Program-made: the position numbers and the translations under genes | The notes under the pieces: generated by a model | Seen by the model: the letters and a program-made list of their open reading frames with translations, nothing else | What the model was told of the DNA's origin: nothing | Database searches by the model: none | Part shown: piece by piece, positions 6,847 through 16,149 of the stretch | Position numbering within the stretch: position 1 is the stretch's first letter | How the letters are laid out: each line of letters begins with the position of its first letter | DNA from: Candidatus Omnitrophota bacterium | GTDB lineage: Bacteria; Omnitrophota; Gorgyraeia; Zapsychrales; Zapsychraceae | Assembly (NCBI GenBank): GCA_020632515.1 | Contig: JACKFK010000005.1 | Coordinates: 157,327-221,326, forward strand | Reading direction: 5' to 3' | Length of the DNA: 64,000 nucleotides

Positions 6847-8403
6847 ATGATTAAAGTTAAACGTGCGCTTATTAGTGTTTCTGATAAAAAAGGGATTGTT
6901 CTTTTTGCCAAAGGATTATGCGCTTTAGGCGTTGAAATCCTTTCGACGGGAGGAACCGCCAAACAGCTTCGCGATGCGAAGATTCCGGTTGTAGACGTTT
7001 CCGATTATACGGGTTTTCCTGAAATGATGGATGGCCGGGTTAAAACGCTTCATCCGCGGATTCATGCCGGATTGTTGGCGTTACGTGATAAAGTTGATCA
7101 CGTCGCGGAATTGCGCAAACATAATATTCCGTTAATCGACATGGTTGTTGTTAATCTGTATCCTTTTGAAAAAGTTATTCAAAAGAAAAACGTGAGTTTT
7201 GAAGAGGCTATTGAAAATATTGATATTGGCGGTCCTTCAATGCTTCGATCGGCGGCGAAAAATTTTAAAAGTGTGGCGGTAATTTGTGATCCGAATCACT
7301 ATCAGGAAATTTTAAAGGAATTGGATACTAACAATGGACTCTTATCTGATACGGTGTTGTTTCGGTTAGCTACAGAAGCTTTTTCGCATACAGCTAAATA
7401 CGATGGGATTATTTCGGAGTTTTTAAAGTCGCAACATACAAGTAATGACTTTTCACAAATGCCGAATGATTTAATTTTAAAGTTTTCAAAGCTGCAGGAT
7501 CTTCGCTACGGGGAAAATCCTCATCAAGCTGCAGGGTTTTATAAGAATGCTAATGAATCAAAAGGACTTGCCAGCGCGACACAGTTACATGGAAAGAGTC
7601 TTTCTTTCAATAATATTTTGGATTTAAACGCGGCGTTGGAGTTTATTAAGGATTTTAATCAGCCGACGGCAGTTGTCATTAAACACAATAATCCAACAGG
7701 TGTTGCGCAAGACAAAGTTTTAAGTAAGGCTTTTCAAAACGCGTTAAATTGTGATCCAATATCAGCATTCGGAGGTATTATCGGATTAAATAAAAAAGTA
7801 GATTTAAAAACGGCCAGATTAATACAAAAAAGTGGTTTTATGGAATGTATTATCGCGCCTGGTTTTGATCAGGACGCGTTGAAATTATTAGGTCAGAAAA
7901 AGAATTTACGGTTGATCGAGATTAATTTCGATAATCTTGTTTCTGGAGGATATGATATTAAAAATGTTCAAGGGGGGGTCCTTGTTCAGGAACGTGATGA
8001 GAAAAACCTACAAGATAGTGATTTAAAAGTAGTCACAAAAACAAAGCCGACAAAACTGCAAAAAGACGCTATGAAATTCGGATGGAAAGTTATTAGAAAT
8101 GTTAAGTCCAACGCGATTGTGTTAGTCAAAGGAACAAAAACTATAGGTATTGGTTGTGGTCAGACAAGTCGGGTGGATAGTGTTAAAATTGCGATTAATA
8201 AAGCGGGTAAAGAAGCTAAGAACTCAATACTTATTTCAGACGCGTTTATTCCCAAGACGGATAATGTTAAGCTTGCCGCAAAGGCGGGTATTAAAGCAAT
8301 TATTCAAACTGGAGGGTCGATTGCTGATGAAGATGTCATTAAAGAAGCTGACAAAGCGAAAATTGCTATGGTTCTTACAGGAATTCGGCATTTCAAACAT
8401 TAG
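6847..8403 (+). CDS. purH: Bifunctional AICAR transformylase / IMP cyclohydrolase
   Basis: 518 aa. N-terminal MGS-like 'KRALISVSDKKGIV...STGGTAKQL...GRVKTLHPRIHAGLL'. AICARFT domain ending 'MVLTGIRHFKH'. Confidence 0.95.
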   Translation: MIKVKRALISVSDKKGIVLFAKGLCALGVEILSTGGTAKQLRDAKIPVVDVSDYTGFPEMMDGRVKTLHPRIHAGLLALRDKVDHVAELRKHNIPLIDMVVVNLYPFEKVIQKKNVSFEEAIENIDIGGPSMLRSAAKNFKSVAVICDPNHYQEILKELDTNNGLLSDTVLFRLATEAFSHTAKYDGIISEFLKSQHTSNDFSQMPNDLILKFSKLQDLRYGENPHQAAGFYKNANESKGLASATQLHGKSLSFNNILDLNAALEFIKDFNQPTAVVIKHNNPTGVAQDKVLSKAFQNALNCDPISAFGGIIGLNKKVDLKTARLIQKSGFMECIIAPGFDQDALKLLGQKKNLRLIEINFDNLVSGGYDIKNVQGGVLVQERDEKNLQDSDLKVVTKTKPTKLQKDAMKFGWKVIRNVKSNAIVLVKGTKTIGIGCGQTSRVDSVKIAINKAGKEAKNSILISDAFIPKTDNVKLAAKAGIKAIIQTGGSIADEDVIKEADKAKIAMVLTGIRHFKH

Positions 8404-8426
8404 TCTGTCAAAAAGAAACCCTTCCC

Positions 8427-9773
8427 ATGAACCTTCAAGAAACCAAATGTTATTTAGACTCATTAATTAATTTTGAAAATCGATTACAGACTGTCTCGTC
8501 AAGAAATTTTAAATTAGATCGGATGAAAAAGCTTTTGGATTTATTAGGGAATCCGCATCTACAATTGAAATGCATTCATATTGCAGGAACAAAAGGAAAA
8601 GGGTCAACATCTGCGTTAACAGCAAACATTTTACAAGAAGCGGGCTTTCGTGTTGGGCTTTATACGTCGCCGCACATTAAAAATTATCGGGAACGAATTC
8701 GTGTTTTGCAAAATAATACTAAGGAAACTTTATCCAAAGATATCTTTCCTGGATGTATTGACGAAAAAGATTTAGCTTACGTTGTTGCGCGGATTAAGCC
8801 AGCGGTTGATCAGCTGCACGAAGAAAAAGAATTAGGGCAGGTTACATTTTATGAAGTTTTTACAGCAGCGGCATTTTTATATTTTAAGCAACAGCAAGTG
8901 GATATTGTTGTTTTGGAAACAGGATTAGGCGGACGCTTAGACGCGACAAACGTTGTCAACGCTCTTGTGTGTGTTTTAACAGCGGTGGGGCTTGAGCATA
9001 CCCATTTGTTGGGCGATACTCTTGCTGCGATTGCCCGCGAGAAGATCTCGATAGTGAAAAACGGCAATGAACATGTTGTTGTTGGTTCGCAAGAAAATGA
9101 GGTTAAGGATGTTGTACAGAGACATTGTTTTTCGCTGGGAATTAAGCCGGATTTTATTCGAGAAGAGGATATCTTATTTAAACAAAAAGATTTGACGCGG
9201 CAGGTTTTTGATTTTGAAGAATTAAAAGATTTGCAATTAGTGTTATTAGGAGAGCATCAAGTTTATAACGCGGCCGTGGCTATTAAGATTATTAAAGCAT
9301 TGAAGGTTTTAGGTTGGACGGTTTCGGATCAAGCAATTTTTAATGGATTGAAAAAAGTTGTTTGGCCGGGGCGTTTTGAAATTATTCAGAAAAAGCCATA
9401 TGTTATCCTTGATGGAGCGCACACACAGCATTCGATGAAAGTACTTATGGAGACAATCAAAGAATTTTTTCCAACACAAAAGATAACCGTTGTGCTGGGG
9501 TTTTCAAATGACAAAGATTACTTAGGGATGTGTAAGGAATTAAAGGGCCTTATTGGACAAGTTATTTTAACCAAAGCAGATCATCCGCGAGCAAGATCTT
9601 TAAGTGTTGAAGAAATGAATGTTGTTTTTGAAAATAAGAAAATTCATTCTACAGACACTGTTTCCGCTGCTGTAGAGTTGATTAAAGAAAAATGTAGTGA
9701 CGATGAAATTGTGCTGGTGACAGGTTCTTTATTCGTCGTCGCACAGTTTCGCTCAATTTTTCAAAATGTTTAA
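8427..9773 (+). CDS. folC: Folylpolyglutamate synthase / dihydrofolate synthase
   Basis: 448 aa. Mur-ligase P-loop 'HIAGTKGKGST', plus 'ETGLGGRLDATN' and 'LDGAHT'. Confidence 0.9.
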   Translation: MNLQETKCYLDSLINFENRLQTVSSRNFKLDRMKKLLDLLGNPHLQLKCIHIAGTKGKGSTSALTANILQEAGFRVGLYTSPHIKNYRERIRVLQNNTKETLSKDIFPGCIDEKDLAYVVARIKPAVDQLHEEKELGQVTFYEVFTAAAFLYFKQQQVDIVVLETGLGGRLDATNVVNALVCVLTAVGLEHTHLLGDTLAAIAREKISIVKNGNEHVVVGSQENEVKDVVQRHCFSLGIKPDFIREEDILFKQKDLTRQVFDFEELKDLQLVLLGEHQVYNAAVAIKIIKALKVLGWTVSDQAIFNGLKKVVWPGRFEIIQKKPYVILDGAHTQHSMKVLMETIKEFFPTQKITVVLGFSNDKDYLGMCKELKGLIGQVILTKADHPRARSLSVEEMNVVFENKKIHSTDTVSAAVELIKEKCSDDEIVLVTGSLFVVAQFRSIFQNV

Positions 9774-9794
9774 TAATTAATTAGGATTGCGTTT

Positions 9795-11186
9795 ATGTAT
9801 CAATATCATGGATTAGAAGACACAATTGTCGCTATTTCAACACCTGTTGGACATGGAGCGATAGGTATTATTCGTTTAAGTGGGAAAGATGCAATTGTAA
9901 TAGGTGACCGAATTTTTAAAGCTAAGAATAATAAATTATTAGCTGAGGCGAAATCGTTTACGGTTCATTATGGATGGATTCAAAAAGATGCTGCTATTGT
10001 TGATGAGGTTATGGTGACAGTTATAAAGGCGCCGCGCAGCTACACGACGGAAGATATTCTTGAAATTAATTGTCATGGAGGACCTGTTGCTTTGAAATCA
10101 ATTTTAAATTTTGTGCTGGAATCGGGTGCTCGTTTAGCGGAGCCAGGAGAGTTTACAAAGAGGGCTTTTTTAAACGGGAGGATTGATTTAACTCAGGCCG
10201 AAGCTGTGTTAGATGTTATCCAGTCAAAAACAGATGCGTTTTTGAAAATCAGCACGCATCAATTAAAAGGCGAGCTGTCAACAGAATTGGAATCTATTCG
10301 AGAGATTCTGATGGATATTTATACAGAGATTGAGGCTATTATCAATTTCCCCGAAGATGAAATTGACGCGCAGAGTAAGGGAAATATTATAAAAGCTATT
10401 GAGCTCGCGGGCGGGCGCGTGCAGAATTTATTGTTATCGGCAGAGCAGGGGAGGCTTCTTAAAGATGGTATTAAACTTGTTTTATGCGGACGCCCGAATG
10501 TTGGAAAATCATCATTGCTTAATCTTTTGTTAAAAACCCCGCGGGCGATTGTTTCGGATATCGCCGGAACCACGCGCGATACTATTGAAGAAGATGCTCA
10601 GATTAACGGAATACCTTTTCGGCTTGTGGATACTGCCGGCATTTTGGAACCGCGCGATTTGATAGAAAAAGAGGCTGTTCATAGAAGTCATCAGCATATT
10701 AAGGCCGCTGATTTAGTGTTGTTTGTGATTGATTCGTCGGAAGAATTGTCGGATCAAGATTACGCGCTCATGGATATGCTTGAACAGCAGAATGTGATTG
10801 TGGTTTTTAATAAATGTGATTTGAAATGCATGATTGAAAACGCGATAGTAAAAGAAAAGTTTTTGCATAAACCAATTGTGCGTGTTTCTGTTCTCAAAAA
10901 AGAAGGAATGGCCGATTTGGAACAAGCCGTTGTCGAACAAATTTTACCACAGAAAAGAATCGATACAGATCGGCTGCTTGTCAGCAGTGTGCGTCATATA
11001 AATGCTTTAAAAGAATGTTTAACTGTTTTGACACGAGCGCAGGAATCAATGAATGGTAATGCTTTTTTAGAAGTTGTTTCTGAAGATGTTAAACGGGGCG
11101 TGAATTTTTTAGATGCCATTACTGGACGAAATATTGATAACGATCTGTTAGATACGATTTTTTCGCAGTTTTGTATCGGTAAATAA
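9795..11186 (+). CDS. mnmE: tRNA modification GTPase MnmE
   Basis: 463 aa. 'IGIIRLSG', G1 'GRPNVGKSSLLN', G3 'DTAG', G4 'NKCD', C-terminal 'CIGK'. Confidence 0.95.
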   Translation: MYQYHGLEDTIVAISTPVGHGAIGIIRLSGKDAIVIGDRIFKAKNNKLLAEAKSFTVHYGWIQKDAAIVDEVMVTVIKAPRSYTTEDILEINCHGGPVALKSILNFVLESGARLAEPGEFTKRAFLNGRIDLTQAEAVLDVIQSKTDAFLKISTHQLKGELSTELESIREILMDIYTEIEAIINFPEDEIDAQSKGNIIKAIELAGGRVQNLLLSAEQGRLLKDGIKLVLCGRPNVGKSSLLNLLLKTPRAIVSDIAGTTRDTIEEDAQINGIPFRLVDTAGILEPRDLIEKEAVHRSHQHIKAADLVLFVIDSSEELSDQDYALMDMLEQQNVIVVFNKCDLKCMIENAIVKEKFLHKPIVRVSVLKKEGMADLEQAVVEQILPQKRIDTDRLLVSSVRHINALKECLTVLTRAQESMNGNAFLEVVSEDVKRGVNFLDAITGRNIDNDLLDTIFSQFCIGK

Positions 11187-11198
11187 AATATTGATCAA

Positions 11199-12023
11199 TC
11201 ATTTAGTTTCAAAATTTTCTGAACCAATGTTTTTTTCAAAATCCCACCATTGAGGTTCACTGGTTTTTTCTTTCTTGAACTCACCTCCGCCAAACTGAGC
11301 GCTGTTAAGCATGTTTTGATCAATGAGTTGTTTTTGAAAGGCAAAGATTTTCTTAATAAGATCCTTATCTGAGGCCAGGTCTTTGATTTTTGGATTGGTC
11401 ACGAGTTTTGATATGTCTTTATCTTGCAGCTGGCGCATGGTTTCTTCATCCGCCAATAATTCTTTAAAGGTGTCATCTTCAATAATATTCTTGAATTCTT
11501 CGGTTTCTTGAAGTTTTGTTTGCTTTTCTTCATTTTCGAAAGAATTTGTTATTTCTTGAAGAGAGTTTTGAGCTAAGGAAATCTTTTCCGCTAAAACCAT
11601 GGACAAAAAAGCATAGCTTCGGGATTTGTTAATATCTTCCTTTATGGTGATATACCAGGAAAAATTTAGCGGAATTACGGTAATTAATATAAGAGTAATC
11701 GCCATAATAATTCCAACCCATAGCATATTAATAATACCGCCTAATAATTTTCCAGGAGAAAAATAGACTTTTTCTTTTTCCGGGGAACCAGCTGCGAGTT
11801 TTAAAAACAGTGAAAGGGTGATATTAAAGATAATTGGGCCTAGCAATCCAATGCCAATACTGATAAGAATTTTGCCGGTCTTAATGTAGTAAATATAACT
11901 AGCGATGCTGCAGGCGACTAAAGCTATTGGCCCTAATATAGTTCGGAAAAATCCTTTATGCCATCCGGCGAAAAAGAAATAGGCAAGGGAAAGAATGATG
12001 ATGTAATCTGTATTTGCAAGCAT
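11199..12023 (-). CDS. CvpA-family membrane protein with an acidic coiled C-terminal extension
   Basis: 274 aa. The N-terminal half has 4 predicted TM helices and 'GWHKGFFRTILGPIALV', resembling the CvpA motif. The C-terminal region is rich in E and K. Confidence 0.45.
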   Translation of the reverse strand: MLANTDYIIILSLAYFFFAGWHKGFFRTILGPIALVACSIASYIYYIKTGKILISIGIGLLGPIIFNITLSLFLKLAAGSPEKEKVYFSPGKLLGGIINMLWVGIIMAITLILITVIPLNFSWYITIKEDINKSRSYAFLSMVLAEKISLAQNSLQEITNSFENEEKQTKLQETEEFKNIIEDDTFKELLADEETMRQLQDKDISKLVTNPKIKDLASDKDLIKKIFAFQKQLIDQNMLNSAQFGGGEFKKEKTSEPQWWDFEKNIGSENFETK

Positions 12024-12527
12024 GGATATTAGTAAAAAAACGGTTTTGATAAAAAAATGTTAATCAAGTATATCATTTGACAATTATGAATTCAATAAAG
12101 TAAAATATTTAAAAATTAGATAGCAAAATAAGAATTCTCAGGATTAATGAATAGTTTAATTAGAAGATATATAACATAATTATTCTATAAATATTAATCA
12201 GCAGGCAAAACTGACTAAATGATTTAAAATCCTAGTTCTTTTAGTTTTATTAAGTTATAGAAAAAGTTGCGATGGTTTTTCAAATTTTAAATATTTTTTT
12301 AATTAGTTGCATTTTATATTTTTATGTATTATATTTTCTATAGCGAAAGCGCTTTCATAGCTTAAGCAACATTCTTCATAACTTATTAAGATTGTTTAAG
12401 ATACTACAATTTATAATATAACAAATTTTCTTCGGGTATCTCCTAACTATTTAAATATAGGAAATTTGTGTATTTTTTGTGTTTTTAAGGGAATGAAAGA
12501 CTATAGATAGTCTGCATTTAATTTATT

Positions 12528-12854
12528 ATGTCTAATAAAAGAAAATATAAAAGGGTAGAGTGTTTAGTCCCCGTGGAAAGTAAAATCGGGGGAGGCCTTG
12601 ATTTGACGCAAACCATTGATATCAGTAAAAAAGGTTTGGGTTTTGTATCGGCTAAGAAAATGCCCATTAATAAAAAGATTCCTATTGAAATTGATCTTTC
12701 CGAGGATAGTTCTATCCTTGTTATTGGTAAAGTTAAGTGGTCAAAAGCGATTAAAGGTACAGAGCTTTTTAGAATAGGGTTGAATTTTGAAACAGTTGAA
12801 AAAGGATGCCAAACCCGCCTTAATCAGTTTTTCAAGCAAGCTGAGGGCTCTTGA
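12528..12854 (+). CDS. Stand-alone PilZ domain protein
   Basis: 108 aa. c-di-GMP binding motifs are intact: RxxxR as 'RKYKR' and DxSxxG as 'DISKKG'. Confidence 0.8.
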   Translation: MSNKRKYKRVECLVPVESKIGGGLDLTQTIDISKKGLGFVSAKKMPINKKIPIEIDLSEDSSILVIGKVKWSKAIKGTELFRIGLNFETVEKGCQTRLNQFFKQAEGS

Positions 12855-13177
12855 GTATGGATGAACGGCGTTTTTTTGAGCGTTTTTCTTCTAGATATCC
12901 AGCCAGAATTAAAGATTCCAGAGAAGAATTTGGAGCAAGATTTCATTTAAGAGAGGCCAGTGCCGAAGGCGTAAGAATACGTTCGACAGAAAAGGTCTTT
13001 AATAATGATAGTCTTACTTTAGAGGTTAAATTGCCGGATGGACATGATCCAATGATTTTAAAAGGGCATGTTGTTTGGACCAAGAACCAGGATTCTAAGG
13101 TTTGGGATATTGGATTAAAATTTCATAAAATACGGTTAATGCATCTTTCAAGATTGTATAGTTTGGCTGTCAAATAG
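12851..13177 (+). CDS. Stand-alone PilZ domain protein, second copy with a degenerate motif
   Basis: 108 aa. 'RFFER' gives RxxxR. The second motif reads 'EASAEG', with E in place of D/N. The TTG start at 12851 overlaps the upstream stop. An alternative ATG lies at 12857. Confidence 0.65.
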   Translation: MSMDERRFFERFSSRYPARIKDSREEFGARFHLREASAEGVRIRSTEKVFNNDSLTLEVKLPDGHDPMILKGHVVWTKNQDSKVWDIGLKFHKIRLMHLSRLYSLAVK

Positions 13178-13305
13178 TAAGTGAACATCCTTTCTTTTTC
13201 AAACCTACCTAAAGAGAAAATCTCTAAACTTATCAGATTAACCATCATAATGAAGCTATGAAAAATGCTGCGTATTATTTAAAATGAAATTCTTTAGGAG
13301 AGAGA

Positions 13306-16020
13306 ATGAACGATAATAATGATTTATATAAATATTTGGATCAACAAATAGCGTTTAGATCAGAAAAAGCAGCTGATTCCCGTCTTTTATATTTTCCTCT
13401 GTGTGGTATTGATTCAGCACATTTGAAGTCTTCTATTACGCCTTTTTTAAGCGGGGATATAAAAATTGATAAAGAACGATTTTTAACCAAACCTTCCTCT
13501 CGAGAAGATTTGCGGCAAAATCTTCGCAATATTTTCTTTAACATTAAGAATCAAGGAATAATTTCTTTAGCAGATGATAATGATGATGATGTTTTTCATG
13601 TAGAGGCCGGGCCGTTGTGGCATAAGGTTATTCGGACATTTTCATTATCAGGTCTTGAAATTGAAGCTCTTAATTTTGTGCCTGTAACCGGAGAAAATGT
13701 TGAGCTGATGAGGGTTCAGTGTCTTAATATTTCGGATAAAACCATTTTTTTTACGCCTACGAGCTCGATTCCTATTTTCGGTCGAGCATTAGTCAATAAA
13801 CATGATCATGAACATGTGACAGCATTGTTGCATCGTATTAAACAATTAAAGCAAGGGGTTTTGGTTGAGCCGGTGATGTCATTTAACGAAGAAGGGCATT
13901 TGCCTAATAAAACAGTTTATTATGTATTTGGATTTCAAGGGATGGGGGAAAATCCTGTAGGCACATTTCCAACAGTTGAAAGTTTTGTTTCTGATGGAGG
14001 AACGTATGCTAAACCGCAGGCGGTTTTTCAAAATAAACAACCAGGATTTTTGTCGGATAGTGCTTTACAAGGGAAAGAAGCTATGGGGGCGTTACGGTTT
14101 AAAGAATATAAATTAAATCCAGGCGACACCGTTGATTATTATTTCATGTTGGGGATTGAAGATGATAACGCCAAAGCTATGAAGGTTTACCAACGGTTTG
14201 ATTCTCCTGAAAAATTTCAGGCAGCTTTTGATAAAAATAAGGAGTACTGGCAAGCCAAATCAAGCGCAATTACATTTTCAACACGCGATGACAATTATAA
14301 CGCGTGGCTGCAGTGGGTTTCTTTGCAGCCTGTTTTACGGCGAATTTATGGATGTTCATTCTTACCGGACCATGATTATGGTAAAGGCGGTAAAGGCTGG
14401 CGCGATATCTGGCAGGATTTGTTGTCATTGATTTTGATTGAACCCGAGAATGTTCGGGGTTCTTTAATTAATAATTTTGCTGGAGTGCGAATAGATGGCT
14501 CTAACGCGACAATTATCGGTTCTGCCCCAGGGGAGTTTGTCGCTGACCGCAACGCGATTGCCCGGGTATGGATGGATCATGGTGTTTGGCCGTTAATGAC
14601 AGTGTTATTGTATATTCATCAGACCGGAGATTTTCAGTTATTATTAGAGGAGAATGTTTATTTTAAGGATCATCAGCTGTCACGCAATTTTGAAAAGGAT
14701 ATTGCCTGGTCTCCGCAGTATGGTCAACAGTTGAAAGATAAAGAAGGGCAAGTTTATAAAGGAAGCATTTTAGAGCATATTTTAGTTCAACATCTTGTTC
14801 AGTTTTTTAATGTGGGGGAACATAATATTATTCGTTTAGAAAACGCGGACTGGAATGATGGTTATGATATGGCCTTTGAGCGGGGAGAAAGTGTAGCGTT
14901 TATGAGTTTTTACGGTGGAAATTTAATTGCCCTGGCGGAATGTTTAGAAGCTTTAGAGGAAAAAATGAAATTGTCGACACTTGAGATTGCTGAAGAATTG
15001 TTGCTTTTGTTGGATGTGGCATCTAATCAGCCTGTGGATTATAGCAACGCTGTTGATAAAAGAAGTCGATTATTTGAGAATTATCTTAAGAAAGTTCAAC
15101 CCGTTGTCTCGGGTAAAAAATGTGGAATCAAAATAGTTGATTTAGTTAAAGATCTTCGACAAAAAGGAGAATGGATCTTTTCATATATTAAAACAAATGA
15201 AAAGATAAACGTCCAGGATCAGGGACAGGAATATACTTGGTATAATGGATATTACGACAATCAAGGGAAAAAGGTTGAAGGTGAAGATCGCGGGCATATC
15301 CGGATGATTTTAGCAAGCAGTGTTTTTCCAATAATGAGCGGGTTGGCTAACCTGGATGAAGTTCGTCAGATTATTAAGGCGGTTGACGAATATCTACAAG
15401 ATGAACAGTTAGGGGGGTATCGTTTAAATACGAATTTTCAGTTAAATCATTATTTGGATATGGGGAGAGCTTTTGGTTTTGCTTATGGAACGAAGGAAAA
15501 CGGAGCCTTTTTTAGTCATATGGCGGTGATGTATGCGTACGCGTTATATAAACGCGGATTTGTTCGGGAAGGTTCTAAGGTGATTCGGTCAATTTATAAC
15601 ATGTGCGTGGATACTGCAAAAAGTAAAATTTATCCAGGCATACCTGAGTATATCGATTCTGAGGGCCGGGGGATGTATCACTATCTTACAGGTTCTGCGA
15701 GCTGGTTAGTTTTAACAGAATTAACACAGAAATTTGGGGTGTCTGGTCAGTACGGAAATTTATTATTAGCGCCCAAATTAGTTAAAGAAGATTTTAATGA
15801 GCAAGGTGAAGTTAAAATAGAATGCTATTTTGCGCAAAAGAGATTAACAGTAATTTACATTAACAGTTCTTTATTAGACTTTGGTGAATATAAGATCAAA
15901 GATGTTTTTTTTAATGAACAAACTGTTGCATTTGAGCCCTATTCTAATTACGCAGTATTAATAAAGAAAGAAATTCTTCAAAGCGCTCCACGGGAATCAG
16001 TAATAAAAGTTCATTTTTAA
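13306..16020 (+). CDS. GH94-like glycoside phosphorylase superfamily protein (cellobiose/beta-glucan phosphorylase-like)
   Basis: 904 aa. 'ENADWNDGYDM' resembles the catalytic 'ADWND' motif of GH94 phosphorylases. The size fits a multidomain (alpha/alpha)6 enzyme. Family assignment among GH94, GH149 and GH161 is not resolvable by eye. Confidence 0.55.
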   Translation: MNDNNDLYKYLDQQIAFRSEKAADSRLLYFPLCGIDSAHLKSSITPFLSGDIKIDKERFLTKPSSREDLRQNLRNIFFNIKNQGIISLADDNDDDVFHVEAGPLWHKVIRTFSLSGLEIEALNFVPVTGENVELMRVQCLNISDKTIFFTPTSSIPIFGRALVNKHDHEHVTALLHRIKQLKQGVLVEPVMSFNEEGHLPNKTVYYVFGFQGMGENPVGTFPTVESFVSDGGTYAKPQAVFQNKQPGFLSDSALQGKEAMGALRFKEYKLNPGDTVDYYFMLGIEDDNAKAMKVYQRFDSPEKFQAAFDKNKEYWQAKSSAITFSTRDDNYNAWLQWVSLQPVLRRIYGCSFLPDHDYGKGGKGWRDIWQDLLSLILIEPENVRGSLINNFAGVRIDGSNATIIGSAPGEFVADRNAIARVWMDHGVWPLMTVLLYIHQTGDFQLLLEENVYFKDHQLSRNFEKDIAWSPQYGQQLKDKEGQVYKGSILEHILVQHLVQFFNVGEHNIIRLENADWNDGYDMAFERGESVAFMSFYGGNLIALAECLEALEEKMKLSTLEIAEELLLLLDVASNQPVDYSNAVDKRSRLFENYLKKVQPVVSGKKCGIKIVDLVKDLRQKGEWIFSYIKTNEKINVQDQGQEYTWYNGYYDNQGKKVEGEDRGHIRMILASSVFPIMSGLANLDEVRQIIKAVDEYLQDEQLGGYRLNTNFQLNHYLDMGRAFGFAYGTKENGAFFSHMAVMYAYALYKRGFVREGSKVIRSIYNMCVDTAKSKIYPGIPEYIDSEGRGMYHYLTGSASWLVLTELTQKFGVSGQYGNLLLAPKLVKEDFNEQGEVKIECYFAQKRLTVIYINSSLLDFGEYKIKDVFFNEQTVAFEPYSNYAVLIKKEILQSAPRESVIKVHF

Positions 16021-16046
16021 CTCTAAAAATTCTTCAGTAGTTAATT

Positions 16047-16075
16047 TTGACAAGGTTGGGACTGCGTGGTATACT
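16047..16075 (+). promoter_or_regulatory. Sigma70-like promoter candidate (TTGACA-17-TATACT)
   Basis: TTGACA at 16047-16052 and TATACT at 16070-16075. It lies upstream of the ABC importer genes. Confidence 0.5.
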
Positions 16076-16149
16076 CATATTTTATTTCTTGCATATATCG
16101 TTGAAATGATTAAGGTTTTGTTTTAGTTTAAAACTTCTTAAAATATTTC

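Noticed and set aside
12024-12527. Chromosomal replication origin. The region is long, AT-rich and intergenic, and mnmE and mnmG lie in the vicinity.
   Set aside because: I could find no DnaA-box-like 9-mers (TTATCCACA / TGTGGATAA or one-mismatch clusters) in the region. dnaA and dnaN are not nearby. The only near-match (TAATCCACA at about 25-33) lies inside nth.
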